Below, one piece after another: positions 9,822 through 20,517 of a stretch of 64,000 nt of DNA. The notes beneath the pieces are model-generated. The model did not search any database. It was not told where the DNA came from and worked only from the letters and a program-made list of their open reading frames with translations. The position numbers were made by a program, and so were the translations under genes. Source of the DNA: an uncultured cyanobacterium (GTDB lineage Bacteria; Cyanobacteriota; Cyanobacteriia; PCC-9006; JAAUQQ01); the NCBI GenBank assembly GCA_963718615.1, contig OY970368.1:288001-352000 (forward strand), in the 5' to 3' direction. Position 1 is the stretch's first letter. The number at the start of each line of letters is the position of its first letter.

Positions 9822-12665
9822 ATGCCTAAGCTGGTCATTGTCGAATCCCCCACCAAAGCCCGCACGATTCGCAACTATTTGCCCGCCGATTACCGCGTCG
9901 AGGCATCCATGGGGCATGTCCGGGATCTCCCTCAATCGGCCAGTGATATCCCGGAAGAGATCAAGGCCGAGAAAGAATGGGCGACGCTCGGCGTCAATGT
10001 GGACGAAAACTTTCAGCCGCTCTACATTGTCCCGAAAAACAAACAAAAGATTGTCAAAGAGCTCAAGGCAGCGCTGAAGGATGCCGATGAGCTGCTCCTG
10101 GCCACTGACGAAGACCGCGAAGGGGAAAGTATTAGTTGGCACCTGCTGGAGCTGCTTAAGCCCAAGGTGCCGACCAAGCGCATGGTGTTTCACGAGATCA
10201 CCGAAGAGGCGATTCGGGCCTCGCTGGAAAACTGCCGCGATATTAACCAAGAGCTGGTCCATGCCCAGGAAACCCGCCGGGTGCTCGATCGCCTTGTGGG
10301 CTATACGGTTTCTCCCCTGCTCTGGAAAAAAATTGCCCGAGGGCTCTCCGCAGGCCGGGTACAGTCCGTGTCTGTGCGGATGCTGGTTCAGCGGGAGCGA
10401 GAGCGTCGGGCCTTCCGCAAGGGCTCCTATTGGGATTTGAAGGCACTGCTGGCCGGGGCGGATGATGCCAGCAAGGTATTCGATGCCAAGCTGGTCACCG
10501 TGGATGGTCGGCGGGTGGCCACGGGTAGTGATTTTGATGAGAGTACGGGGCGCATTGCCGAAGGACGCAATGTGGTGCTGTTGAGTGAGGCAGAGGCTCG
10601 GGGGTTGTGCGATCGCCTCACCCACAAGCCCTGGACCGTCGCCAGCCTCGAAGAACGCCCCACCACCCGCAAACCCTCACCGCCATTCACCACCTCCACC
10701 CTCCAGCAGGAAGCCAACCGCAAACTGCGGCTCTCCGCCCGCGACACCATGCGCGTCGCTCAGGGGCTCTACGAACGGGGCTACATCACCTACATGCGGA
10801 CGGACTCCGTGCACCTTTCCCAGCAGGCCATCACCGCCGCGCGGGACTGCGTCGAGCACAAGTACGGAGCCCAATACCTCAGCCCCCAGCCCCGCCAATA
10901 CACCACCAAAAGTAAAAACGCCCAGGAGGCCCACGAAGCCATCCGTCCCGCCGGTAGCAGCTTCCGCACCCCCCAGGAGACGGGGCTCTCAGGACAGGAT
11001 TTGGCCCTGTATGACTTGATCTGGAAACGTACCGTTGCCTGTCAGATGGCCGATGCTCGCCAGACGATGATCACGGTCCAACTCGAAGTCGAGAACGCAG
11101 GCTTCCGGGCCAGTGGTAAACGCATCGATTTTCCCGGTTTCTTCCGGGCCTACGTCGAAGGCTCCGATGATCCCGAGGCAGCCCTGGAAGACCAAGAGGT
11201 GTTGTTGCCTGCGCTCAAGGTTGGGGATCACCCCAATTGTCAGGAATTGAATGCCATTGGCCACGAAACCCAGCCCCCGGCGCGCTACACCGAAGCTTCG
11301 CTGGTGAAGGGTTTAGAAAAAGAAGGCATTGGCCGCCCCAGTACCTATGCGTCGATTATTGGGACGATTATCGATCGCAAATACGCCCAACTGAATAACA
11401 ACGCCCTGATTCCAACCTTCACGGCTTTTGCTGTCACCGAACTGCTCGAAAAACATTTTCCGGACTTGGTGGACTACAAATTTACCGCCCGGATGGAGCA
11501 GGCCCTCGACGATATTTCCATGGGGGAACAGGATTGGTTGCCCTATCTCGATCAGTTCTATCGAGGCGAACAGGGACTGGCCCAGCAGGTCAAAACCCGC
11601 GAAGACCAGATTGATCCCACGGAAGCCCGGACGATTGATCTGGCAGACCTGGATGTTAAAGTCCGAATTGGCCGCTTCGGAGCCTATCTGGAGCGCGAGG
11701 CCGAGGGCGAGGGCGATTCGGTCAAGGCCTCGATCCCCAACGATGTCACCCCGGCGGATCTCGATGACGAACAGGTTGAGAAACTGCTCCGGCAAAAAAT
11801 CGAAGGTCCGGACAAAGTCGGGATGCACCCCGAAAGCGGCGAACCAATCTATATCTTGATTGGCAGCTATGGTCCCTATGTCCAGCTTGGCGATGCCACA
11901 GATGAGAACCCCAAACCCAAGCGAGCTTCGCTGCCTAAGGGCGTCACAACCGATGACATCACCCTAGATCTGGCGGTGGGTCTTTTGGCCCTGCCTCGAT
12001 TACTGGGGATCCATCCCGAAACGGGCAACAAAATTCAAGCCAGCCTTGGCCGCTTTGGTCCCTATGTGGTTCACAAAAAAGGGGGAGAAGAGGGCAAGGA
12101 TGATTACCGTTCGCTGAAAGCGGATGATGATGTCCTGACCGTTGAGCTCGATCGCGCCCTAGAACTGTTTGCCCAGCCCAAGCGCGGTCGCGGTGCTCGC
12201 AAAGCCAAGGAACCCCTGCGCACCCTCGGCAACCATCCGGATGATAACGAGCCCATTGCTATTTTTGATGGCCCCTACGGTCCCTATGTCAAACATGGCA
12301 AGGTCAATGCCTCGCTGCCGGAAGGGGCTACCGTCGAAGAGCTGCCCCTGGAAAAAGCCCTAGAATTGCTCGAAGCGAAAGCCGGAACGAAAAAGGGCAA
12401 GAAAACCGCAGCGAAGAAAACCGCAGCGAAGAAAACCGCAGCCAAGAAATCTACAGCCAAAAAGTCTACAGCTAAGAAATCGACGGAAAAGACGGAATCC
12501 CAGCCCACGGAAAAGCAAGCCACGGCTAAAAAATCCACAAAATCTCCGAAGGCTCCCAAAGCCGTTGGCACTAAAACCGCTGCGACGAAGAAGTCGACGG
12601 GGACGAAAAAGACCACCACAAAATCAACGAGCAAATCCACTGCGGCCAAAACGGATGTGGACTAA
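9822..12665 (+). CDS. topA: Type IA DNA topoisomerase I with Lys-rich C-terminal tail
   Basis: [41 protein letters not shown] catalytic Tyr, Topo_C repeats (GRFGPYV), KKTAA repeats. Confidence 0.98.
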   Translation: MPKLVIVESPTKARTIRNYLPADYRVEASMGHVRDLPQSASDIPEEIKAEKEWATLGVNVDENFQPLYIVPKNKQKIVKELKAALKDADELLLATDEDREGESISWHLLELLKPKVPTKRMVFHEITEEAIRASLENCRDINQELVHAQETRRVLDRLVGYTVSPLLWKKIARGLSAGRVQSVSVRMLVQRERERRAFRKGSYWDLKALLAGADDASKVFDAKLVTVDGRRVATGSDFDESTGRIAEGRNVVLLSEAEARGLCDRLTHKPWTVASLEERPTTRKPSPPFTTSTLQQEANRKLRLSARDTMRVAQGLYERGYITYMRTDSVHLSQQAITAARDCVEHKYGAQYLSPQPRQYTTKSKNAQEAHEAIRPAGSSFRTPQETGLSGQDLALYDLIWKRTVACQMADARQTMITVQLEVENAGFRASGKRIDFPGFFRAYVEGSDDPEAALEDQEVLLPALKVGDHPNCQELNAIGHETQPPARYTEASLVKGLEKEGIGRPSTYASIIGTIIDRKYAQLNNNALIPTFTAFAVTELLEKHFPDLVDYKFTARMEQALDDISMGEQDWLPYLDQFYRGEQGLAQQVKTREDQIDPTEARTIDLADLDVKVRIGRFGAYLEREAEGEGDSVKASIPNDVTPADLDDEQVEKLLRQKIEGPDKVGMHPESGEPIYILIGSYGPYVQLGDATDENPKPKRASLPKGVTTDDITLDLAVGLLALPRLLGIHPETGNKIQASLGRFGPYVVHKKGGEEGKDDYRSLKADDDVLTVELDRALELFAQPKRGRGARKAKEPLRTLGNHPDDNEPIAIFDGPYGPYVKHGKVNASLPEGATVEELPLEKALELLEAKAGTKKGKKTAAKKTAAKKTAAKKSTAKKSTAKKSTEKTESQPTEKQATAKKSTKSPKAPKAVGTKTAATKKSTGTKKTTTKSTSKSTAAKTDVD

Positions 12666-12753
12666 CGGCACTCCAACAGACCCCCAGTAACACTCAAAAG
12701 TAAAACCCAGAAGTAAAACAGAATACCTACTAACCCCCATCACCCCTGGGTAT

Positions 12754-13848
12754 ATGGCACAGAAAAATGACACCGCTGCTTTAGCCTTAGCCTTTGTGGT
12801 CACCGTAGGTTTAATCGGCGGAGGATTGTGGTTTTTGTTCGGGCGTTTCGGGTCTCTGCCCAAGGGGGCGATCGCCCCCACTTCCCCCTCCGCTACCAGC
12901 ACTGCTAACAACACCGCTAACAACACCGCTAACAACTCCCCCAACAATCAGGGCCAACCCGATCCCAGCAGTGGCGGCGCAGCAGGGTTTGCAGCGGTCT
13001 CCAACATCCCTACAGGCTTATTTAATTACGGCGGCAGTACCTCCTGGGCTCCGGTGCGACTGGGGGTCGATCCGGCGATTCAGGCTGCGCGCCCCGAGTT
13101 TCGCTTGCGTTATGTCAATCCGGCGGGCGGCTCAGCGGGGTCCAGCACGGGGATTCAAATGCTGCTGCGGGGAGAATTGGCCTTTGCCCAGTCCTCGCGA
13201 CCGATGGAAACAGGGGAATACCAAACGGGACAGCAGCAAGGAACCCCCCTGAAGCAAGTGGCTGTGGCGTTGGATGGCGTGGCCGCTGCGGTCAACCCGA
13301 CGCTCCCGGTCCCTGGGGTAACGGTTGACCAACTGACGCAGATTTATACCGGTCAAATTAGCAACTGGCAAGCGGTTGGCGGACCGGCGCTGCCGATCCA
13401 GCCCCTGATGCGGCCTGTGGATTCGGGGGGGACTTCAGACATGGTCCTTCGGGGACAAGCGCCGGGAGCCAATGTCAAACTTGTCTCCAACACAACCCAG
13501 GCACTGCGCGAACTCAGCAAGACCCCCGGCGCAATTTACTTTGCCTCAGCACCGGAAGTCGTCCCTCAATGCACCATCAAGCCACTGCCCCTGGGCCTGC
13601 AACCGGGCAGTTTTGTCTCGCCCTATCAAGACCCCTATGTACCGCCCGAGCAATGCCCCGGTCGCCGCAATCAACTCAATGCCGCTGCCTTTCAAACCAG
13701 TACCTATCCGCTCACCCGCAATCTTTTTGTGGTGACGAAGCAAAACAGTGGCGTTGAGACTCAGGCGGGAGAAGCCTATGCTCAGCTTTTGTTGTCCGAT
13801 GAGGGGCAGGCGCTGCTAGAGAAGGCGGGGTTTGTCAGGATTCGCTAG
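12754..13848 (+). CDS. PstS-family phosphate ABC substrate-binding-like protein with N-terminal membrane anchor
   Basis: GLFNYGGSTSWAP, GSSTGI, AQSSRP, VALDGVA, YPLTRNLFVV. Confidence 0.88.
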   Translation: MAQKNDTAALALAFVVTVGLIGGGLWFLFGRFGSLPKGAIAPTSPSATSTANNTANNTANNSPNNQGQPDPSSGGAAGFAAVSNIPTGLFNYGGSTSWAPVRLGVDPAIQAARPEFRLRYVNPAGGSAGSSTGIQMLLRGELAFAQSSRPMETGEYQTGQQQGTPLKQVAVALDGVAAAVNPTLPVPGVTVDQLTQIYTGQISNWQAVGGPALPIQPLMRPVDSGGTSDMVLRGQAPGANVKLVSNTTQALRELSKTPGAIYFASAPEVVPQCTIKPLPLGLQPGSFVSPYQDPYVPPEQCPGRRNQLNAAAFQTSTYPLTRNLFVVTKQNSGVETQAGEAYAQLLLSDEGQALLEKAGFVRIR

Positions 13849-14117
13849 GACCACTTGGGCTTTAGATCCGCATTCTGTGCTTTGGATTACATCCGAGGGG
13901 CGATCGCACTGGGGCAGGATCGACGGAAATACGTTATCTCTGAAGAACTCGTTTTTCTTTATAAAACGGCATTTTTAGCCCATGCTGTTGCAGAACCGGT
14001 TTTTAGGTGAACTCTAAAGGCAGGTTTTGAGGTGCAAAGTGTTTTTTATAAAGCGCTTTTGCACAAGGTTTTGGTGTTGTGAGCGATCGCGCAATTCAAT
14101 TGAGGTGAGGAGTATCT

Positions 14118-15131
14118 ATGGCTATTCATTGGCTGCAAGCGCTAGAAGTGGGCAAGTACCTGGTCACCCAGCGGCTCAAGGGCAACAAGCAGTTTCCCCT
14201 TGTCCTGATGTTGGAGCCCTTGTTTCGCTGCAACTTGGCTTGTACGGGCTGCGGTAAGATCCAGCACCCCACGGAAATTCTCAAACAGAATCTGAGCCCG
14301 GAAGATTGCTTCCGGGCAGTGGAAGAATGCGGTGCCCCTGTGGTCTCGATTCCAGGCGGTGAGCCGCTGCTCCATCCCCAGATCCAGGAAATTGTTGAGG
14401 GCTTGGTGGCTCGCAAAAAGTTTGTCTATCTCTGCACAAATGGCCTTTTGCTAGAGAAAAGCCTCGACAAGTTTAAGCCTTCGCCCTATTTTTCCTTCAG
14501 TGTCCATTTGGATGGCCTGCGGGAGCACCACGATAAATGCGTGGATCGGGATGGCGTGTTTGATAAAGCCGTCGCTGCGATTAAAGCGGCCAAGGCGCGA
14601 GGCTTCCGGGTCACCACGAACACAACGGTTTTTGAAGGAACGGATCCGCAGGAGATTCAAGCGTTCTTTGATTTTCTGGCGACGTTGGGCGTAGACGGCA
14701 TGATGATCTCACCGGGCTATGGCTACGAATGGGCTCCGGATCAAGACAGCTTTTTGCAAAAGGAAAAAACCAAGGCGCTCTTTCGGGAAATCCTCGCGCC
14801 CTACAAGGCCGGTCAGAAAAAGTGGGTGTTTAACCACAGTCCTCTTTTTCTCGACTTTCTCATGGGTGAAAAGGATTACGAATGCACGCCCTGGGGCAGT
14901 CCAAGCTACAGCGTTTTAGGCTGGCAAAAACCCTGTTATTTACTCAATGAAGGCCATTACAAAACCTTCCAGGAGTTGCTTGATCATACGGACTGGAGTC
15001 AGTATGGCCAAAAGAGCGGCAATCCGAAATGTGCGGACTGTATGGTCCATTGTGGCTATGAGCCGACTGCGGCGTTGGATTCGATGGAACCGAGTAATGT
15101 GGGGCGATCGCTCGCTTCTCTGTTTGGCTAG
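14118..15131 (+). CDS. hpnH: Adenosyl-hopene transferase (radical SAM), hopanoid biosynthesis
   Basis: [19 protein letters not shown] (CxxxCxxC), [26 protein letters not shown]. Confidence 0.97.
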   Translation: MAIHWLQALEVGKYLVTQRLKGNKQFPLVLMLEPLFRCNLACTGCGKIQHPTEILKQNLSPEDCFRAVEECGAPVVSIPGGEPLLHPQIQEIVEGLVARKKFVYLCTNGLLLEKSLDKFKPSPYFSFSVHLDGLREHHDKCVDRDGVFDKAVAAIKAAKARGFRVTTNTTVFEGTDPQEIQAFFDFLATLGVDGMMISPGYGYEWAPDQDSFLQKEKTKALFREILAPYKAGQKKWVFNHSPLFLDFLMGEKDYECTPWGSPSYSVLGWQKPCYLLNEGHYKTFQELLDHTDWSQYGQKSGNPKCADCMVHCGYEPTAALDSMEPSNVGRSLASLFG

Positions 15132-15156
15132 GTTGACAACCGTTTCAGAATTCATG

Positions 15157-15190
15157 AAGCCGGAACGGAGCAATCGTTCCGGCTTTTCTC
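15157..15190 (+). terminator. Intrinsic terminator after hpnH
   Basis: Perfect 11-bp stem AAGCCGGAACG/CGTTCCGGCTT followed by a T-rich tail. Confidence 0.75.
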
Positions 15191-15191
15191 A

Positions 15192-15440
15192 TTAGCCGAT
15201 TTGAGTGATGTTGAGGTTGTAGCCCGTTGAACCCGTCACCAGACGGACGCGGGCAAAATAGTTGCCTGCTGCCAACTGACGAGTAAAGGTTTCCGGCAAG
15301 AGCAGCGGATTGGTGGAAGAGTAGAGCACCGTCGTGCCATCTGCCGCCAGGATATCTAGATCAGCATTACCCGTCGCCACTGACAGATTAAACAATAGGC
15401 TGGTGGTCCGGTTCAAAGTGAATTTGTAAGTTGCTGTCAA
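15192..15440 (-). pseudogene. Isolated PPC (bacterial pre-peptidase C-terminal) domain fragment
   Basis: YKFTL...GNADLDIL...L.AGNYFARV...GSTGYNLNI pattern. No intact upstream body. Confidence 0.65.
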
Positions 15441-15721
15441 GTTAACGTCAGTTCCGGTTAAGACTCGGCCGATGGAAGCGCGAAATCAAGGTTGAGAGCC
15501 GGTTGCTTGGGCTGATGGCAGTAGGCAATCAAGCCGCGTAGCAGGGTTGACCGAGAAATTGATGAGGTGGTTTTGCCGTTTGGGGTCTGGACTGGGAAGC
15601 TGGCACATCTACAAGTCCTCTCTTGTCTCAGTATTTTCCGGTAAGCCGGAGTTTGCCTTGTAAAAAGAAAAGAGCGACTGTCGCACTTTGATTCATCTTA
15701 GCCTTGTAGTACTAATATTCT

Positions 15722-16264
15722 ATGTTTGATAACGATTTTTATGAACTCAAGAAAGCTCTAGAGTCGGTTACTCTTGAGGTGACACATCTTAAAAATGAAT
15801 TACACAAAAAAGACCTAGAGATAGAGAAGCTTAAAGAATCTGACGAGAATAAATTGCGAACAAGAGTGGGAGAGCAAGACAAAATAATTGAGGAATTGAG
15901 AGAGAATCTCAAAAAAGCTCAAGTAGGTTTATCGGGAGCAAGGGCAGATAACCAAGCTCTGCAAGATAGGATAGCTGGATTAATAAGAGGAACATCTGAC
16001 TTGGAGACACAGGTTAAATCTCTCCGAGATGCGAATGTAGAGCAAGATTTGAAAAATAGAGAGCTGCAATTAGAGCTAAAGCAATCTTTACTAAAAACAT
16101 CTCGCTCAAATGCAGATTTTCAGGATCTGCATGATCGCATAGCAGGACTGGTCAAAGAAAATACAAATCTAAAAAGGGAGGCTATTGCAAAGCAAATGGT
16201 TTCAAAAACATTTAACGGTGTTAAGGGATTGGTTGATCAACTAAAGCCAAAAGTAGAAGACTAG
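15722..16264 (+). CDS. Hypothetical coiled-coil protein with internal repeat
   Basis: 180-aa heptad-rich ORF with the repeat AD.Q.L.DRIAGL (twice). AT-rich. Confidence 0.75.
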   Translation: MFDNDFYELKKALESVTLEVTHLKNELHKKDLEIEKLKESDENKLRTRVGEQDKIIEELRENLKKAQVGLSGARADNQALQDRIAGLIRGTSDLETQVKSLRDANVEQDLKNRELQLELKQSLLKTSRSNADFQDLHDRIAGLVKENTNLKREAIAKQMVSKTFNGVKGLVDQLKPKVED

Positions 16265-16381
16265 CGTATCTGATTTAGGTCAGATCAAATCTCAAGGTTC
16301 AGTCGCTTTTAGCCTTCTGACACATCCTTCTAATATAGGGGCAATCAGCATAGAAGCTTCTTAAGTTAGTTTCAGTTCAAG

Positions 16382-16768
16382 ATGCATATGTTTAATCTTT
16401 ATAGCGAGGCTGTTCAGCTAGAACGCTCAATTAGAGAGATAAAGTCATCTCAAAATTCTTTGAATTGGCAGTATGAGCAAGCCAAGAAAGAGAAGAAAAA
16501 GTGGGAAAATCGGGTTGAATTAGCTGAGCAGCATTTAAAGCTTGACCTGGCTGATGCAGCTCTTTCTGAGTGCAAAAAAAGAGCAAGTTTGATTGAATTA
16601 CTTGAGCTGCGTATGAAAAGTAGAGAGAAAGCCATGGATACTGCTATGCAACGTCTAGAGTCAGTAGAGCTAAAAATTTATGAGGGTTTGTCTAGAAGAT
16701 TTGCTCATAAAATTTTTGCTGTTGACGAAGAGTTAGCTCTTTTGAAGAAACAAATTGATAATCTCTAG
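16382..16768 (+). CDS. Miniature PspA/Vipp1 (IM30, ESCRT-III-like) family protein
   Basis: QYEQAKKEKKKWENRVELA...DLADAAL..KKR resembles the PspA helix 1-2 hairpin, and VDEELALLKKQI the helix-5 motif. Only 128 aa. Confidence 0.7.
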   Translation: MHMFNLYSEAVQLERSIREIKSSQNSLNWQYEQAKKEKKKWENRVELAEQHLKLDLADAALSECKKRASLIELLELRMKSREKAMDTAMQRLESVELKIYEGLSRRFAHKIFAVDEELALLKKQIDNL

Positions 16769-16921
16769 GGGGAGAGTCATGCCGAGATATATGTAAAAAG
16801 TTCAAGTAGATTCCAGGATGTCTACTAGGGGTATGGCAACGACCCTTACGAAGAGAAGAAGGCTCTAAAAGTTATTTTGTGGTTGTTTCAGAGGCCAGGA
16901 AGGCCTATAGGAGTTACGTAA

Positions 16922-17326
16922 ATGGCTTATGTTCATGAAATAAAATTTTTTCTAAAAGATGATGAATTGTATGTAGCTCTATTTGACAATCCACCACCTT
17001 TGATAAAGGAATTCTGGATCAAAAACGTAATAGCAGAGGAGTTGGGAGTTTCTGAGCTTCCTCAACACTTGCAGCTAGATAAAAAATATAAAGTAGAAGC
17101 GCTTGGAATTAGGCCATTTCATGCGACTAAGCCTGAATTTAAGTTCATGAATGAACTGGCGAAAACAGCTTGGAAAATTGTGGCAAGCCCACAATCTATC
17201 ACCAACAACTTCAATGGTCCAATGTCGGGTTTCATCGGTAGTCAGTTCACAGGCAATGCGAAGGCTGATGAGAACAACTTTACTCAGACCAACCAACCCC
17301 CCACAGAAAGTGGGCCACAAGTTTAG
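16922..17326 (+). CDS. Hypothetical protein with N/G/Q/F-rich C-terminal motif
   Basis: AGGAG RBS upstream, 134 aa, tail ITNNFNGPMSGFIGSQFTGNAKADENNFTQ. Confidence 0.7.
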   Translation: MAYVHEIKFFLKDDELYVALFDNPPPLIKEFWIKNVIAEELGVSELPQHLQLDKKYKVEALGIRPFHATKPEFKFMNELAKTAWKIVASPQSITNNFNGPMSGFIGSQFTGNAKADENNFTQTNQPPTESGPQV

Positions 17327-17618
17327 ACGTATTCCTGTGGCTGACTTCAAATCTAAGTGCGCCCTCCCTATTCTGTAACCCTTTTTGGGATCCCCTACTT
17401 GGCTGGGGTCTTTTGTTGCTCAAAATTCAATCCCATCAAAGCTTTTAGGCTTAGCGACAAAAACATAGGCTGACAACCGTTAGCTCAGCTTCAACGTCTC
17501 GGGTAGCACACGCATTGACCTGTCCATTCGCCAAAATCACGGGTTTCATGAACCGAATACCAAGCCCCCGAATCCCTCGAACCCCAACAAACCACCCTCA
17601 CAAGCATCCCCGAAGCCG

Positions 17619-18292
17619 CACCTGTTACTTCGCCGAACTCCAAAAAGCCGGGTAAACTCACCTACCGCCCCGCCGTCAAAACCTGCACCGCCGTCCGACT
17701 GAACGCGGGAAATGTGGGAGACACGATCGCCTCATCCCCCATAAAATCCCTAAACACATAGGCCCCAGCCACCAAAGTACCAACTTTCACCACCGCAAAA
17801 TCGGGGTCAATAATCCAATATTCACGAATACCCCGCTCCGCATATTCCAGAGTCTTTTCTTGGTAGTCGCGGTCATGGGACCGCTTATCCGTCTTACTAT
17901 TAGACACCACTTCCACAACCAACATCGGTGGAGCAAATCCCGCACGCAGTAACTTGCCATCATCAAAAATTGCCGCATCAGACTCAGGCGTATGAATCAT
18001 CAAATCCGGTTGTCGAGCCGTTGCCTTCGTGGAACTGACTCCAACCTGATGCCCAATCACGATGTGTTCTTCCGGCACACCCAATCGTGCAAAGGCAAAC
18101 GCCAACATCATCGCAATCCTGGGATTCAGCGGATTTTCTGCCCCCATCTCGACTAATACCCCATCCACCAGTTCGTAGCGGGTATCCGTGCCATCGTCAT
18201 AGGCTAGATACTCCTCAAGCGTCATGCCTTTGGTAGAGGCGATCGCTATGGGATGGCTCTCTAATTCTTTCACCTAGGTAGTTCTATTGTAT
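17619..18292. repeat. 674-bp direct repeat, copy 1 (Uma2 gene plus the end of an RM-gene remnant)
   Basis: Near-identical to 19729-20402 at a constant offset of 2110 bp. Confidence 0.95.
17662..18273 (-). CDS. Uma2 family PD-(D/E)XK endonuclease, copy 1
   Basis: YELVDG, RQPDL, VVEVVS, EYWIIDP. The ATG used by copy 2 is ATA here. Confidence 0.9.
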   Translation of the reverse strand: MKELESHPIAIASTKGMTLEEYLAYDDGTDTRYELVDGVLVEMGAENPLNPRIAMMLAFAFARLGVPEEHIVIGHQVGVSSTKATARQPDLMIHTPESDAAIFDDGKLLRAGFAPPMLVVEVVSNSKTDKRSHDRDYQEKTLEYAERGIREYWIIDPDFAVVKVGTLVAGAYVFRDFMGDEAIVSPTFPAFSRTAVQVLTAGR

Positions 18293-18669
18293 TAGACCTC
18301 TTACACGAATAGCCGGAGAGAGAGTTTGGGCTTGAAGAGTAATAAAGCGACCTTGCGATCGCCATGCACTACAGCCAACTCAAAACCCTCAAACCTGTCG
18401 AATTTCGTCGTTACAGCGGAATCAGGCCAGAGACGTTTGAACGTCTTGCCAATGACTTACGCCCGCATCTGCCGAAAGCGGGTCAGCGGAGTGGGCAACC
18501 GGGTTTCACAGTAGAAGACCAGTTGCGCATCACCCTGGAGTACTGGCGAGAGTCCCGTACACAGTTCCACATCGCCGCAAGCAGTTCGGCTTACGCTTCA
18601 ACCTGATTGCTTCCCTATACAACGTGGAACTCGATCAGAGTGCCGTTTAGGATTCATGCAAGAGGTCTA
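18293..18669 (+). mobile_element. Internally deleted IS5-family element (MITE-like) with terminal inverted repeats
   Basis: TAGACCTCTTACACGAAT / ATTCATGCAAGAGGTCTA ends enclose an 80-aa HTH_Tnp_4-like fragment (FRRYSGIRPETF...EDQL.ITLEYWRE.RT.FHIA). Confidence 0.8.
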
Positions 18670-18941
18670 TTACTTTTGAATCCGCAGATCTGAATCCTTG
18701 CGAAGAAACAACTTGATAATCTCTAAGATTTCATGCTGAGATACGTGTAAAAAAGTGCCGGTAGATTCTGAAGTCTTTGCAGGCCTATGGCCCCGACGTT
18801 ACAGAAAATGGGCCACAAACCACCTTCGACTCTTGACAGGCGAACTGATTGCCGGAGTTTGGGAAATATAAACCTACGGTCCAGATATGACGACATAATG
18901 AGTAGCCAGACTGCGGACTCTCCAGTCAGGAAAACACTTCT

Positions 18942-19418
18942 ATGAAAGATCCTATTCGCCTACTGTATCTTCTACTCACCCGAGGACTTCTACTCTCTTC
19001 CATACTGTTTGTCTTAACACTATGGGGAGTGCTAGATCCCCTTTGGGCTCATCTAGATAAAGAAGATCTTAAACGTAATGCCGTTTCCTGGGCTAGCGAT
19101 GTCATTGCACTGGATATTCCTAGGAATACTGTGATGATAGAGGGGGATACGTCTATCACCAGTATGCAAGGAGATGGACATCGAGAAGTTATCCTTCAAA
19201 TTACTCCCAATGACGCACAAGACTTTCTCACTCAAATTCAGCAGGCTCCCGAGTGGAAAATTGATCCTTCAACTTGTCTAACTGATGACAACAATGATTG
19301 TATCAACCACAGTAAAGCCTGCTATCGCTTAGACAAGAAACTCGGACATGATGGGCAAGCTGATGCTACGTTCTGCCCCGGCACAGGCAAGTTAGAGCTT
19401 TACGTGACTTGGACTTAG
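18942..19418 (+). CDS. Hypothetical membrane-anchored/exported protein
   Basis: N-terminal hydrophobic helix, four Cys in the soluble part, 158 aa. Confidence 0.65.
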   Translation: MKDPIRLLYLLLTRGLLLSSILFVLTLWGVLDPLWAHLDKEDLKRNAVSWASDVIALDIPRNTVMIEGDTSITSMQGDGHREVILQITPNDAQDFLTQIQQAPEWKIDPSTCLTDDNNDCINHSKACYRLDKKLGHDGQADATFCPGTGKLELYVTWT

Positions 19419-19424
19419 GTAGGT

Positions 19425-19765
19425 GTGTCACTCAGCCATATTTTTGAACAATTATTTTTGAACAATAATGTTATTCCTGACAATAAACTAATCGTTATTG
19501 CGCTTGAAGATACTTATCACCTTGGTATACTTTCTAGTACAATCCATGTGACATGGGCTCTATCGGTTATCGGTTGGTGGGCAACTTGGCCCTACACCTG
19601 TATATCCAAAATCCAGTTGCTTCGATCCCTTCCCCTTCCCTGATTCTACCGAACCCCAAAATCCAAACCACCCTCGAAGCCCTCGAAACCCTCGGCCTCG
19701 TTGCAAAACACCTCGAAAACGGCCACATCACCTGGTACTTCGCCGAACTCCAAAAAGCCGGGTAA
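19425..19765 (+). pseudogene. Remnant of MmeI-like type IIG/IIL restriction-modification enzyme C-terminus
   Basis: PDNKLIVIALED.YHLGILSS.IH.TWAL, and in another frame SCFDPFPFP, typical of MmeI-like target-recognition regions. Frameshifted and deleted. Confidence 0.7.
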
Positions 19766-20402
19766 ACCCACCTATCGCCCCGCCGTCAAAACCTGCACCG
19801 CCGTCCGACTGAACGCGGGAAATGTGGGAGACACGATCGCCTCATCCCCCATAAAATCCCTAAACACATAGGCCCCAGCCACCAAAGTACCAACTTTCAC
19901 CACCGCAAAATCGGGGTCAATAATCCAATATTCACGAATACTCCGCTCCGCATATTCCAGAGTCTTTTCTTGGTAGTCGCGGTCATGGGATCGCTTATCC
20001 GTCTTACTATTAGACACCACTTCCACAACCAACATCGGTGGAGCAAATCCCGCACGCAGTAACTTGCCATCATCAAAAATTGCCGCATCAGACTCAGCCG
20101 TATGAATCATCAAATCCGGTTGTCGAGCCGTTGCCTTCGTGGAACTGACTCCAACCTGATGCCCAATCACGATGTGTTCTTCCGGCACACTCAATCGTGC
20201 AAAGGCAAACGCCAACATCATCGCAATCCTGGGATTCAGCGGATTTTCTGCCCCCATCTCAACTAATACCCCATCCACCAGTTCGTAGCGGGTATCCGTG
20301 CCATCGTCATAGGCCAGATACTCCTCAATCGTCATGGGTTTAGTGGAGGCGATCGCCATGGAGTAGCTCCCGAATCTTTCACCCAGGTTATCCCATTGTA
20401 TT
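19729..20402. repeat. 674-bp direct repeat, copy 2
   Basis: Near-identical to 17619-18292. Confidence 0.95.
19772..20359 (-). CDS. Uma2 family endonuclease, copy 2
   Basis: Same motifs as copy 1, with a few substitutions. Confidence 0.92.
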   Translation of the reverse strand: MAIASTKPMTIEEYLAYDDGTDTRYELVDGVLVEMGAENPLNPRIAMMLAFAFARLSVPEEHIVIGHQVGVSSTKATARQPDLMIHTAESDAAIFDDGKLLRAGFAPPMLVVEVVSNSKTDKRSHDRDYQEKTLEYAERSIREYWIIDPDFAVVKVGTLVAGAYVFRDFMGDEAIVSPTFPAFSRTAVQVLTAGR

Positions 20403-20517
20403 GCGCAGTGGTTTCAGATTATCGATCTCCAGGTCTAGACCACCACCCGCTCTTTTGATTTGTCTAAATTCCAGTTGTACGATAGAGGGATAAACCGTGT
20501 CTTAAAAACCAGCCACC

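Noticed and set aside
12896-12945. 12-bp tandem repeats (GCTAACAACACC), and 15-bp repeats near 51340 and 60430
   Set aside because: In-frame linker expansions inside proteins, not separate elements.
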